Positions 46,529 through 56,597 of a DNA stretch of 64,000 bases are shown here, piece by piece (within the stretch, counting starts at the first letter, position 1; every line of letters starts with the position of its first letter). Both the position numbers and the translations under genes were made by a program. This DNA comes from a virus (taxonomy: Duplodnaviria > Caudoviricetes): IMG/VR virus record IMGVR_UViG_3300031992_000012, positions 1 through 64,000 of that record; one strand, 5' to 3'. The notes beneath the pieces were generated by a model. It was not told the origin of the DNA. It ran no database searches and saw only the letters and a list, made by a program, of their open reading frames with translations.

Positions 46529-47626
46529 ATGAAGGAATTTTTGGAGAACCTGTTCACGAAGCTGAACTACCCGTACGAGGTAGTCTCGGTGCGTGACCCG
46601 GCGATACTGGAAAGATTGACTGACTCCGCCTTGCGCGGAACCGGCGATTGGTACAAGGTGTTGGTCGATACCAACAACACAATCGTCCACCTGTACATCG
46701 CTTTCACTGATGATGTGAACGGGCAGGGAGACGGTGTCTGCATCGTCACCGAAAACATGTATGGAGAAGGTTCGTTCATCCAGCTCTCGAAGGAAGGAGT
46801 CGAGAAGTGGCTGAAGGATTTTGTGGAGAAGCTGGACGTCCTCTACGAAAAATACTTCAACGACGAAGAATTCGCCGAGACTTTCGAGCCGACCGGGGAG
46901 GATAAGTCCCGCGACGAAGAGCAGGCCGTTCCCGCCCCCGAGGAACCGGAGGAGGTCACGGATTCGGAGGCGGACTCCGACGACGATGATGATGAAGATG
47001 ACGATGATGACGACGAGTCATATGAGGACGAAGACGACGAATCAGACGAAGACGACGAGTCTGACGACGACTCCGACGATGAGGAGGACGACGAAGACGA
47101 TGACGAAGACGACGAGTCTCTTCCAGAGGAAGACGAAGACGACGAGGAAGAGTCGCCGAATCCGCCAAAAGCGGAAGAACCCCGTGCCAAGGTAACCACT
47201 CCGAAAGCCGGCGCTCCAGCTCCATTCTCCGTCGACGTCCCGCCGACGGTTGTCCCGTTCTCCGTCGACGCCCAGCCTCCAAAGGCTTCGGCGCCGCTCG
47301 GCAATGCCGGCCCTTCCACATCGAAGATGCCGGTCGTCCCGTCCCCTGACCCTCGCGTAGCATTCATCCACGGTTTGAAGAAAGCAATCGTGGATATCGG
47401 CTTCCCCGGATACAACAAATACAACTGGGCGTCAACCGACACCGACGGAATCATTGAGTTCTCCCCGATTCCGCCGGCCACCATCTGTGAGACTCCGCGA
47501 ATCGGCCTGACGTTGTATTTCAACAACGGCAAGTGGTCCGCCAATCTCGCCGTCGGCGGCGACCACTACAAGTCCACCGGTCCCACGCTCGCCAATGTGC
47601 GCGAGGACTATTGTTCCCTGTTATAA
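46529..47626 (+). CDS. Protein with a long Asp/Glu tract and a Pro-rich linker
   Basis: ~60-residue stretch that is almost pure D/E; AGGAGG RBS. Confidence 0.7.
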   Translation: MKEFLENLFTKLNYPYEVVSVRDPAILERLTDSALRGTGDWYKVLVDTNNTIVHLYIAFTDDVNGQGDGVCIVTENMYGEGSFIQLSKEGVEKWLKDFVEKLDVLYEKYFNDEEFAETFEPTGEDKSRDEEQAVPAPEEPEEVTDSEADSDDDDDEDDDDDDESYEDEDDESDEDDESDDDSDDEEDDEDDDEDDESLPEEDEDDEEESPNPPKAEEPRAKVTTPKAGAPAPFSVDVPPTVVPFSVDAQPPKASAPLGNAGPSTSKMPVVPSPDPRVAFIHGLKKAIVDIGFPGYNKYNWASTDTDGIIEFSPIPPATICETPRIGLTLYFNNGKWSANLAVGGDHYKSTGPTLANVREDYCSLL

Positions 47627-47717
47627 CCAAATGTCTAGTCCCAGAAGCAAAAGTAGGTCCGGCCGCCTAACGAATGCGATGGGTTTGTTGCAACAAAAAA
47701 AGAAAAGGAAAAAGAAA

Positions 47718-48830
47718 ATGCTGGAAAAAATTCATCCCGCAGTGAACGTCGACGATTTCAAGGCTCCCGCCCAGGGCGCCGTCCTCAACCCGTTCGCCCA
47801 GGTCGGCGCGACGTTGAAGGAATTGGTCAAGCCGGTCAACCCGGCCTTGTTCAAGATGGACGAAGAGGGTAACCTCAGCGTCGCGCTCGGAAACAAGGCC
47901 GTCCGCTACGACGCCACGGCCGGCACGGCTGTCGACGTCACCGGCACTGTCCTCTCCATCCCCGGCAACGCCATCCTGGCCATCCCCGGCACCAAGCTGG
48001 AACCCGGCGACCTCTTCGTGAACAACGAAGTGGTCTTCCAGGCCATCGAAGACGACGGCAAGACCGTCAAGGCGTACAACTTCGCCGAGTCGAAGATTGA
48101 AACGCTGTGCCCGACGGTCCTCGCCATCTGCCCCGACCTCCGCGACATCCAGAAGGTCATCTTCGTCTACAAGGAAATCTTTGACGACGCCCTCGAAGGC
48201 ATCATCATGGGTTCCCTGATGTCCGGCAAGGCCATCGACTTCCAGGCGCTGCTCCAGGGCCGCCTCGTGAAGTCCGCCAAGTTCGGCGGCGGCAGCGACA
48301 TCAGCAAGTTCGCCCTCTTCAGCATGCTGGGCCAGCAGGGCGGCGCCGACGGCGCGAACATGCTGCCCATGTTGCTCCTGCTCGGCAAGGACAAGGCCAA
48401 GGACGATGACATGAAGACCCTCATGCTCATCAGCACGCTCGGCCAGCAGGGCGGCAACACCAACATGCAGTCCTTGCTCCCGTTGCTCTTCCTGGGCGGC
48501 GAAGGCAAGAAAGGCAGCCTGTTGCCCCTGGTCATGTGCATGGGAATGTTCGGCCAGCAGGCGGGCGACGCCACGGCGAACCCGCTTCAGGCCATTCTCC
48601 CGCTGGCTCTCCTCCGCAAGGGCAAGACTGAAGGCGGCGTCGCCGGCGGTCTTGGCGGCCTGACGAAGGACCCGCTCCTGCTCATGGCCATGATGGGTGG
48701 CTTCGGCGGCGCCCAGACCGGCAACAACATGCTCCCCATGCTGCTGCTCCTGAAAGGCGGCCTCCTCGGTGAGGAAACTGCTCCGGCAGCTCCTGCCGAA
48801 CCGACTGCCCCTGCCGCTCCCCAGGCCTAA
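47718..48830 (+). CDS. Hypothetical protein with Gly/Leu/Met-rich repeats (MLPMLLL)
   Basis: Repeated GQQGG..NMLPMLLL units; highly biased codon usage. Confidence 0.7.
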   Translation: MLEKIHPAVNVDDFKAPAQGAVLNPFAQVGATLKELVKPVNPALFKMDEEGNLSVALGNKAVRYDATAGTAVDVTGTVLSIPGNAILAIPGTKLEPGDLFVNNEVVFQAIEDDGKTVKAYNFAESKIETLCPTVLAICPDLRDIQKVIFVYKEIFDDALEGIIMGSLMSGKAIDFQALLQGRLVKSAKFGGGSDISKFALFSMLGQQGGADGANMLPMLLLLGKDKAKDDDMKTLMLISTLGQQGGNTNMQSLLPLLFLGGEGKKGSLLPLVMCMGMFGQQAGDATANPLQAILPLALLRKGKTEGGVAGGLGGLTKDPLLLMAMMGGFGGAQTGNNMLPMLLLLKGGLLGEETAPAAPAEPTAPAAPQA

Positions 48831-48849
48831 CCTGAGAAAGTAAGCCGTT

Positions 48850-48901
48850 GGGCCCCCGTGTACGATCTGCTGCGTCGTACACGGGGGCCCTTTTCTTTTT
48901 T
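48850..48901 (+). terminator. Strong intrinsic terminator
   Basis: 16-bp perfect stem GGGCCCCCGTGTACGA/TCGTACACGGGGGCCC followed by TTTTCTTTTTT. Confidence 0.85.
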
Positions 48902-48929
48902 AACATTAGCTCACAGAGGAACAAGACAA

Positions 48930-49814
48930 ATGCCAAATACAAAACTCTTCTTCGTACCCGAACTGTCCGCCAAGTACCACAAGCCTGTCTCCACCATTCT
49001 CCGTCTTTTCAACTTCGAGGCTCCCGACACCCCGGAAGGCAAGTACAAGCTGACGACTTCCCGTGTGCACCGGCTTTGCGTCAAGGCGCCCTTCACCACT
49101 CCCCGTCTCAAGGGCATCGTGTCGGAGGACGGGAAGCTGTGGCTTTCGCCGCGCGTGCTGCTGGACATCACAATGGGCAAGATGTTTATCGACGCCATGG
49201 AAAATTGTCTCAAGAGCAACGACTTCGTACGCGGCCTTGCCTATGTCGGACGCGACACAGTGTTCGTATACCGTATCGACGACATAAACCTACTGGCCGG
49301 ACGCATCGCCGTCTGGCAATACTTCCATCGACCGGTAAAGAGCATGGAGGTGTTCGGTGGCGCAGTCCCGGAAGGAATGCCGGACATGGTCCGTGAATAT
49401 CACAGACGCCTGGAACTCCTCGTGGCGGAATACCGACGTGAGTTCGAACTGGGTCTCGGTTACGAACATGCGGAAATACAGGTTGTCGATTCCACGGGAA
49501 AAAAGCCGGAGGAAATCCCGGAGCCGAAGGAAGCGCCTGAGGGAGATACCGGTGAACAGCCCGAGGGCAACGTCCGCATCAACAGAATCGACATTCGTAC
49601 GGAGACCGGTGAAATCCGTATTGACCAGCCCCAAGGCGAGACCAAAGCAGCGGGCTGTCCGTGCGAGAACGAGTGCCCGAACAAGAAGGACAAAAGTACT
49701 GACGCCCCCGAGGAGGACGGGACCGAAGAGGTCGTCGAAATCGTAATCAAGGCACGCATCTCCAAGACCATCATGGGACTGCTCAAGTCCGTCTCGTCGC
49801 TGCTGCCGGAATAA
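48930..49814 (+). CDS. Hypothetical protein
   Basis: GAGGA RBS before ATG48930. Confidence 0.65.
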   Translation: MPNTKLFFVPELSAKYHKPVSTILRLFNFEAPDTPEGKYKLTTSRVHRLCVKAPFTTPRLKGIVSEDGKLWLSPRVLLDITMGKMFIDAMENCLKSNDFVRGLAYVGRDTVFVYRIDDINLLAGRIAVWQYFHRPVKSMEVFGGAVPEGMPDMVREYHRRLELLVAEYRREFELGLGYEHAEIQVVDSTGKKPEEIPEPKEAPEGDTGEQPEGNVRINRIDIRTETGEIRIDQPQGETKAAGCPCENECPNKKDKSTDAPEEDGTEEVVEIVIKARISKTIMGLLKSVSSLLPE

Positions 49815-49831
49815 AAAAAAGGAAAAGACAA

Positions 49832-50692
49832 ATGAACACAAAAACAGAATCGCTGACGGTACGCCAGTTTTGCGACCTGACCGGATACAAGCCGGCTGCG
49901 GTGGTCGCGTGTCTCTCCAGCAGCGGTGTCCCGGACGGAGCCGAACGCTGGCTGCTGACGCCCCATTTGAAGAACAAGTTCAAGAACCCAGGGTTCACTC
50001 CGTCCGCACAGGACATCAAGATCGTAACCAACGAAGCTGTCAACGGAAACGACAGCATGGTTCTTATCTCATCGTCCAGCCTGCGCGACCTCTGCGAAGG
50101 GTTGTTCACAACGGAAGGCATTTATTGGACAATGGGTCGTGGCAACTTCGTGAAGCATGTATTCAACAACGTCGCGTATTGGGAAGTGAGAGCCACCCCG
50201 GAGAAGCTGCTGAGCCTGGGGGCCTGGCTTCGCTGGTGTGCTAGCAACACAAGAATCTCCACGCGCCGTTTCACGCTCTCTTCCGAAATCAAGGCGGCGC
50301 TGTCGCAGAAGCTCGCCCTGAACATCGCCCACGCCATCCAGGGTACGTTCGCCGATGTCGAGGGAGCCTCCGACGCGCTTCGCTTCTGCGGTCGCATCAT
50401 GCAGGACAAGCTGTCCCGGATGTCCGGTGTGAAACGCCAAGACAAGGGGGAGGAAGTCCTCGGCGCGCTCGACAGCATACGCAAGAACCGGCTCGCGAAG
50501 GAAAAGCAGCTTGAACTCGACCTTCCCGAACCCGAAGCCCCTCCGGCGCCCAAGGACCGCCATGTCCTGACAGTCTCCGAAGGCGACGGCAATAATGACA
50601 AGATTGAGCTGTCCCTGAAAGTCAGCGGCGACTCCATCAAGGAAGTCCTGGCACGTTTCCACGAATTCATCCAGCACTTCGGCACATGCTGA
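49832..50692 (+). CDS. Hypothetical protein (possible N-terminal HTH)
   Basis: LTVRQFCDLTGYKPAAV; AAGGAAAAG RBS. Confidence 0.6.
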   Translation: MNTKTESLTVRQFCDLTGYKPAAVVACLSSSGVPDGAERWLLTPHLKNKFKNPGFTPSAQDIKIVTNEAVNGNDSMVLISSSSLRDLCEGLFTTEGIYWTMGRGNFVKHVFNNVAYWEVRATPEKLLSLGAWLRWCASNTRISTRRFTLSSEIKAALSQKLALNIAHAIQGTFADVEGASDALRFCGRIMQDKLSRMSGVKRQDKGEEVLGALDSIRKNRLAKEKQLELDLPEPEAPPAPKDRHVLTVSEGDGNNDKIELSLKVSGDSIKEVLARFHEFIQHFGTC

Positions 50693-50868
50693 TTAACGCG
50701 CTTCTTATCATCATAATGGTCCTGTCTCTCCTGTCGCTGGCAAGACAGATAGGGCGCAAAGTCCGCCCGCTCGTTAAAGCCCATGTCTATGAGGACAACG
50801 AGCGGCGGGAGGAGGAACAAGAATGTTCGGAATCACCTGGGAAGGCGTCCTTAAGACCGCCGGAGTAA
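50686..50868 (+). CDS. Small single-TM protein
   Basis: Hydrophobic N-terminus. Confidence 0.5.
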   Translation: MLINALLIIIMVLSLLSLARQIGRKVRPLVKAHVYEDNERREEEQECSESPGKASLRPPE

Positions 50869-51164
50869 TAATAGTCCTGTTCCTGTTGGCCGCCTTCATG
50901 GTGTTTATGCTCCTAGGGGATGTAATCAGCCTGTTCACTTCGAAGACCAGGCTTTTCATCGCCGACAAGGAGAGGAGCCTGTTGTACGGCCATTACTACA
51001 TTCACCTTGTTCCGGCCGGGAAGGGGATGGACTACTACCTTCACGACACGGAATGCGAAACATGTCTCGAGGAGGCGAGAAATGGAAGACAATCCAGTGG
51101 CGTCAGCCATATACCAGGGTCGAGCGTTGCGCCAGATGCAGGCGGCGGCGCGGTACGCAAGTAA
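50823..51164 (+). CDS. Small membrane protein
   Basis: N-terminal TM segment; GGAGG RBS. Confidence 0.55.
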   Translation: MFGITWEGVLKTAGVIIVLFLLAAFMVFMLLGDVISLFTSKTRLFIADKERSLLYGHYYIHLVPAGKGMDYYLHDTECETCLEEARNGRQSSGVSHIPGSSVAPDAGGGAVRK

Positions 51165-51354
51165 GGGCGACGTGTTCGCCGCCATGCGTTCCGTGATTCT
51201 GGCCGACCGCAACATGCGCAAGGCGCAGCGTCCGCCCAAAAGAAGAAAGCCGGTGAACGCCGGTTCAATAATCAGCACGTCGGTAAAATCCGCTGTCAGA
51301 CGTGTTGTGTTGAGAAGTCTTGAGGACAGCGGGAATCCACAAAACAAGGAGTAA
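51082..51354 (+). CDS. Basic hypothetical protein
   Basis: GGAGG before ATG51082. Confidence 0.5.
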   Translation: MEDNPVASAIYQGRALRQMQAAARYASKGDVFAAMRSVILADRNMRKAQRPPKRRKPVNAGSIISTSVKSAVRRVVLRSLEDSGNPQNKE

Positions 51355-51358
51355 GAAA

Positions 51359-51727
51359 GTGGAAATCATCGCACGTTTGTTGTTGGATGCGTCTTCGGCG
51401 CTCCTGATCGCGTTCAGCGTCCTGCTGGCTGGTCTGTTCCTCTCTGTCGTTGTCCTGTTCCTGTTGCCGACGTCCGGCAGCAAGAAGGACCTGGGCGGTA
51501 TTCTGCTTCGGCTGTTCAGCATCACGGCTTTGCTCAAGATGATCGGCGTCAGCGCCGCCAGGGCCGTTGTCGTGACAATCATCGTAACCGCGCTCTTCGT
51601 CTGCGCCTTCACATGGGCTGGCAAGAGGTGCCTTGACATCGTCGTCACCGAAAGGGGCGCCATCCAGCAGGTGCAGCCACCCGCCGCGCCCGTCCTGCCT
51701 GGCACCACGTCGGAGGCTTCGCTGTGA
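51359..51727 (+). CDS. Multi-TM membrane protein
   Basis: AAGGAG RBS, GTG start, three hydrophobic segments. Confidence 0.55.
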   Translation: MEIIARLLLDASSALLIAFSVLLAGLFLSVVVLFLLPTSGSKKDLGGILLRLFSITALLKMIGVSAARAVVVTIIVTALFVCAFTWAGKRCLDIVVTERGAIQQVQPPAAPVLPGTTSEASL

Positions 51728-52848
51728 AGTACTACCGCGACGGGCTGAACTTCCACCCCATGCCCGACGACGCCGACGTCCTGGATTCGCTTCCCGGAGG
51801 ATACTACCGGCCTGTATTCGACAAGATGTCCGGCTGGAGAATCTGCATGACCGGCGGAATCCAGGACGTCGTGCCCTTGTTCGGCCCCATGGCCGGCAAG
51901 GTGGACAAGGTGATAAAGGCGTTCAAGCGGCGCCCGGGGAACACCGGCGTGCTCCTGTCGGGGGAGAAGGGTCTTGGAAAGAGCCTTTTCCTCCGGCATG
52001 TGGCGGCCCGGCTTGTCTCGGAAGGAATGCCGGTGATAATGGTGACGCAGAACATCCCAGGTATTGTCGACTTCCTCGGGCAGATTACGCAGCCTGTCGT
52101 AATCCTGCTTGACGAGTTCGACAAGAACTTCCTCGACCGCTCTCGCGACAGCGACTCCGACGACCCCAAGGACGAGCAGAACAAGTTTCTGCTAATCCTG
52201 GACGGGATTCTTGGCGTCAAGCGTCTTATCCTCGCGACATGCAACGAGCTCGACAGCGTCAGCTCCTACTTCATAAACCGGCCCGGGCGCTTCCATTACC
52301 ATTTCCGATTCGAGTGCCCGGACGGAAAGACGGCCGTAGAATACATGCGCTGGCTAGGGACAGATCCTTCAATTGACCTGTCAAAGCTTGAACACTTGTG
52401 CGACATCCGTGAAATCAACTACGACTGCCTTCGGGCCGTCGCGGAGGAGCTCGCCAATGGCGAGAGCATGGAGGACACTCTGAACGACCTCAACATCGAC
52501 CTGGACGAGTGCGGCCATTGTACGCTGATTGCGAATGTGGTCACCAGGAAAGGGGTGCACTACACCTGCCAGGTGGACTGGAACGACATGCAGCTAGACG
52601 ACGATGACCCGTACATCGAGGTGCATCTGGCCGACGCCAGGACGAAGGACGCCCCTCCGAAGCTATGGACAAGGGTCACGCGCGACATCATACATCCATC
52701 CGGCAAGCTTGGCGTGTACAATGTCGACGTGAAGGAGATGGTATCCGACCGCAACGAGGGCGCCGTGCCAATCAAGGAGTTCACCATCACCATAAGGAAA
52801 GCACACCGCAGGGCGATGTTCCCTGTGCTAACCCAAGACTTGGTATAA
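51724..52848 (+). CDS. AAA+ ATPase
   Basis: Walker A GEKGLGKS, Walker B ILLDEFD, and ATCN...NRPGRF (second region of homology). Confidence 0.88.
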   Translation: MKYYRDGLNFHPMPDDADVLDSLPGGYYRPVFDKMSGWRICMTGGIQDVVPLFGPMAGKVDKVIKAFKRRPGNTGVLLSGEKGLGKSLFLRHVAARLVSEGMPVIMVTQNIPGIVDFLGQITQPVVILLDEFDKNFLDRSRDSDSDDPKDEQNKFLLILDGILGVKRLILATCNELDSVSSYFINRPGRFHYHFRFECPDGKTAVEYMRWLGTDPSIDLSKLEHLCDIREINYDCLRAVAEELANGESMEDTLNDLNIDLDECGHCTLIANVVTRKGVHYTCQVDWNDMQLDDDDPYIEVHLADARTKDAPPKLWTRVTRDIIHPSGKLGVYNVDVKEMVSDRNEGAVPIKEFTITIRKAHRRAMFPVLTQDLV

Positions 52849-52849
52849 A

Positions 52850-53650
52850 ATGAGCGACAACGAACGCCCCACGGGAAGCGAGACGTCCGAAGCACGAGAC
52901 GCCACGCCATCGTGGAGGCATACATTCGCGGGGCTGCGGGACTTTTTCCAGACCTACAGTCACCAGGATCATACGGAAGCGCCCGAGACGGCATCTGCCA
53001 CGCGTACGCCAAGCCCGTCTTTTGCCGAGTGGCTCGAGACGGCCAGAGGGGCTCCCACTTCCGACGCCTCGAGCCCATCCCCGCAAAGCGACGACAGGAT
53101 GCATGGTGTTTCCCAATATCCGCGTGCAATCGGCAGCTCGGTCCACGGGAATTTCGCGGGCGACGTCCGTGTCAACCCGCCTGGGGCTGCCTGGGCTGGA
53201 ATAAGTACGGACCACGGCGGTACACTGGGCGATTATTTCGATGAACTGCGACGTTCAACGCTGGAGGCCAGGCGCCGGAACATGCACGCCAACTGGGCCG
53301 GGTACGACTTCGACGGTGACGTGTTCGCATACAGCGAGGCGGCACGTCCGTCGACCCCGTCCGATGAAGTCATACAACGAAGGTTTCGAGACCTCCGCTA
53401 CTGGGGGATAGTCGTGTACGCGATATTCGAGCCGGAGCTCGAGGATGCGCTCAGACGCTATGTAACCACTGGCGGGCATACCTCCTTCGTCAAGCTCTAC
53501 AAGAACTTGATGAAGAATGGGGAACTGTCCGGAGTCCTGTTCTACGACCACTGTCGCAGGGCGAAACTGCTGACGAAATCGGCCATGTACAGTTTCCTAG
53601 GCCGGGCCGATTCCGTCGTTAATTGTCTACGGGCCATGGAAACAGCTTGA
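52850..53650 (+). CDS. Hypothetical protein
   Basis: Coupled ORF with a disordered N-terminal half. Confidence 0.55.
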   Translation: MSDNERPTGSETSEARDATPSWRHTFAGLRDFFQTYSHQDHTEAPETASATRTPSPSFAEWLETARGAPTSDASSPSPQSDDRMHGVSQYPRAIGSSVHGNFAGDVRVNPPGAAWAGISTDHGGTLGDYFDELRRSTLEARRRNMHANWAGYDFDGDVFAYSEAARPSTPSDEVIQRRFRDLRYWGIVVYAIFEPELEDALRRYVTTGGHTSFVKLYKNLMKNGELSGVLFYDHCRRAKLLTKSAMYSFLGRADSVVNCLRAMETA

Positions 53651-53689
53651 TTTTTTAGACAACTGGACAAAACAAAAAGGAAGACAAAA

Positions 53690-54562
53690 ATGAATTGTGA
53701 AAAAGTTGTGAACGAAATTGTATCCTGGATTAAGAACTATTGGAAAAACAACGGCATGGAGAACGCCGTCATCGGCATGTCCGGTGGAAAGGACTCCACG
53801 GTGGCGGCCGCCCTGCTCATCAAGGCGCTTGGCGTCGACCACGTCTTCGGCCTGAGCATGCCCGACTCCGACGAGCGCGTGCTTCCGGCCGCCAGCGATA
53901 CCATGACGGCCGTCCGGGCGGTTGGCATGTACCAGTTTGAGGTGTTCCCGCTGGGCGGCGTCAAGACGCTCATGCGGGGCACCTTCGTCGACTGCACCCT
54001 CCAGACGCCAAGCCATCAGGCCGACCTGAACATCATGCCCCGCCTGCGCATGGCGGCCCTGTATCAATATTCACAGACGATCGGCAAGTCGCTGGTGGCC
54101 TGCAACGCCAACCTGTCCGAAATCATCGCCGGATATGGCACGCTGTTCGGGGACACCGCCGGCGACTTCGCCCTTCTCGCCAACCTTCTTGTCAACGAGG
54201 TCGTCGAAATAGGCGAGTACCTCGGGATACCGGCCGACATCGTCAGACGCCCTCCGGCCGACGGGCTTACCGGAAGGACGGACGAGGAGGTCCTCGGTTT
54301 CAGATACGACGACGTGGCCTCCCTATATTGGCGTATCGCCAAGGAGTTCGATTGCGAATATCCCTGCGACGTCATGTTCACGCTTTCCGTAATCAAGTCC
54401 GGCCTTCCGGACGAAGAGGAGGAGAAGCCTTATGTGGACTTCCGCAACTCCCTGCCGGAAAACGAGAAGAAGGTCCTGGCGGCGTACGCCCGCAACGAGT
54501 TCAAGCGCAACATGCTGTTCATTCCCGGACCGGAATTCCTTCTTGCGGATCTGGAGGGCTGA
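53690..54562 (+). CDS. nadE: NH3-dependent NAD+ synthetase
   Basis: IGMSGGKDS PP-loop, NIMPRLRM, NLSE..GYGTLFGD and PPADGL..TDE. Confidence 0.92.
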   Translation: MNCEKVVNEIVSWIKNYWKNNGMENAVIGMSGGKDSTVAAALLIKALGVDHVFGLSMPDSDERVLPAASDTMTAVRAVGMYQFEVFPLGGVKTLMRGTFVDCTLQTPSHQADLNIMPRLRMAALYQYSQTIGKSLVACNANLSEIIAGYGTLFGDTAGDFALLANLLVNEVVEIGEYLGIPADIVRRPPADGLTGRTDEEVLGFRYDDVASLYWRIAKEFDCEYPCDVMFTLSVIKSGLPDEEEEKPYVDFRNSLPENEKKVLAAYARNEFKRNMLFIPGPEFLLADLEG

Positions 54563-54565
54563 CAC

Positions 54566-55777
54566 ATGATTATCAACTCATTGCTTAGAAACGACTTATA
54601 CAAATTCTCCATGTTCGACGTAGTGGACCGCTACTACTCCGACATGGAGGTTGAGATAACCTTCAAGTGCCGGAGCGACGCCAAGATTGGCTATCTTCTC
54701 CCTTATGTGGCTGAGGAAGCCGACCGGCTTTGCCAGCTTCGCTTCACGCCGGAGGAAATGCTGTACATCAAGAACACTCTTCGCTGGCTGTCCCCGAGCT
54801 GCATCAGTTTCCTATGCCGTCTGCAGCTCAACCGCGAGCAACTGCATATCAGCGTCGACCCGGACGGCCAGCTAGTCATCAAGGCGATTGGCCCATGGAG
54901 AGACGTAATCTGGTTTGAAGTCCCGGTACTCGCCATCGTCGAGGAACTGTACATGGAATACCAGTTGCACGAGCTCAAGAAGTCCATAGGAGCAGACGCC
55001 TTCCACCAGAGACTCCAGCAGGAGCGCGACAACCTCGACAGGAAAATCGACGCCCTCAACGCAATCAACGACGAGTTCCCGTTCCGCCTGTCGGAGTTCG
55101 GCCTCCGCCGCCGTCGTTCCGCCGAATGGCAGGACTACGTTGTCGGCCGCATGAAGGAACGCGCCAGATTCTTCGCCGGGACCTCGGACGTCTACCTGGC
55201 CATGAAACATGGGGTCAAGCCTTCCGGCACGATGGCGCACGAAATCTACATGGGCGTGCAGGGCGACGACAACACGTCGCTCCGCAATGTCCAGCGAAAG
55301 ACGTGGGACCTCTGGATGAAGACGTTCCACGGCGACAACGGCATCATGCTCACCGACATCTTCGGAGCCAATGCCTGCTTCCGCGACATGGACTGGCTGG
55401 TCGCCCACTCGTTCACGGGTTTCCGCCATGACAGCGGCGACCCGATTGCATGGGGCGACAAGCTGATCGCCCGTTTGACCGAACTGGGCATAGACCCCAA
55501 GGAGAAGGTCGGCGTCTGGAGCGACTGCCTCGACGTCGACGCAATCCGTGAAATCGCCATGCACTTCTCCGGCCGCATCAAGGTCTCATTCGGTGTGGGC
55601 ACGAACCTGGTCAACATGTTCCCCGGCGTCAAGCCGCTGAGCATCGTCATGAAGATGACGAAGGCCAACGGACGGGCCGTTCTGAAACTGTCCGACGACG
55701 AAGGGAAGGGCATGTGCCCAGACCCGACCTTGGTTGAGTACGCCAAGAGCCTTTTCGACTTCCAACCTGTCAAATAA
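54566..55777 (+). CDS. pncB: Nicotinate phosphoribosyltransferase
   Basis: SLLRNDLYKFSM, EFGLRRR, GTSDV, GTMAHE, RHDSGDP, SFGVGTNL and KLSDDEGK. Confidence 0.93.
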   Translation: MIINSLLRNDLYKFSMFDVVDRYYSDMEVEITFKCRSDAKIGYLLPYVAEEADRLCQLRFTPEEMLYIKNTLRWLSPSCISFLCRLQLNREQLHISVDPDGQLVIKAIGPWRDVIWFEVPVLAIVEELYMEYQLHELKKSIGADAFHQRLQQERDNLDRKIDALNAINDEFPFRLSEFGLRRRRSAEWQDYVVGRMKERARFFAGTSDVYLAMKHGVKPSGTMAHEIYMGVQGDDNTSLRNVQRKTWDLWMKTFHGDNGIMLTDIFGANACFRDMDWLVAHSFTGFRHDSGDPIAWGDKLIARLTELGIDPKEKVGVWSDCLDVDAIREIAMHFSGRIKVSFGVGTNLVNMFPGVKPLSIVMKMTKANGRAVLKLSDDEGKGMCPDPTLVEYAKSLFDFQPVK

Positions 55778-55790
55778 AGGAGAAACATTT

Positions 55791-56597
55791 ATGAAAAGCT
55801 TTTCACAATGCCTCAACGCCGACGAGGCCGAGGCCTTCCGCCGTTCCAACTCACCGGTCGTCCTTGTCAAGGACTGCGCGGTAGTCGGCCAGTCCCTGTC
55901 GGGGCAGCTTATTCGTGATGAAAAGGACGGGGCGGTGACGCTGTCCTGCGTCCTCATGAACGACGAGAACACCACAATCCCGATTGATGACGCGTTCACG
56001 TCGTTTAACGACGCCGAGAGCTACATCGAGGAAACTCTCTCCGAACAGCACGCCCACGACATCCTCGTCATCATCGACGCCCAGATTGGCTTCATCACGG
56101 GGAGTCTTGCGAACAAGACGGCCCAGGAGAAAATCGGGCAGTACCCGCATCTCATCCGCTGCTTCTCCAAGTCGCTCATCGTGGCAACCCAGGATACGCA
56201 CGGCGAGAACTATCTTGAGACGCTCGAAGGCAAAAAGCTCCCGGTTCCGCACTGCATGTACAAGACGCGCGACTGGGAACTAGAGCCCGGCGTGGTGAAG
56301 GCCCTGGCCGCCGTCGGCAACCACGCGTGGGGTGTCAACAAGCCCACCTTCGGCCATGTCGGATGGGCCGAGACCTTCAACGTGGCGAAGTCCGTCTCGG
56401 GCTGCCCGGCGGACGGCGACATCTACGTGGCCGGTTTCTGCACTGACATCTGCGTAATCAGCAACTTGCTGATTTTGCGCGCATTGTACCCCGACCGCCG
56501 CATTGTGTGCCTCGGCGCCTACTGCGCCGGCACTTCCAAGAAGGCCCACGACGCCGCCGTCTTTGTCATGACCTCCAGCCAGATTGAAGTGGCATGA
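55791..56597 (+). CDS. pncA: Nicotinamidase (isochorismatase-family cysteine hydrolase) with an extra N-terminal domain
   Basis: LVIIDAQIGF, TQDTH, PHC, KPTFG and GFCTDICV; adjacent to pncB. Confidence 0.8.
   Translation: MKSFSQCLNADEAEAFRRSNSPVVLVKDCAVVGQSLSGQLIRDEKDGAVTLSCVLMNDENTTIPIDDAFTSFNDAESYIEETLSEQHAHDILVIIDAQIGFITGSLANKTAQEKIGQYPHLIRCFSKSLIVATQDTHGENYLETLEGKKLPVPHCMYKTRDWELEPGVVKALAAVGNHAWGVNKPTFGHVGWAETFNVAKSVSGCPADGDIYVAGFCTDICVISNLLILRALYPDRRIVCLGAYCAGTSKKAHDAAVFVMTSSQIEVA

Noticed and set aside
46960-47150. GAC/GAT/GAA tandem repeat as a CRISPR array or satellite
   Set aside because: It is simply the coding sequence of the acidic tract. No repeat-spacer array is seen anywhere in the window.
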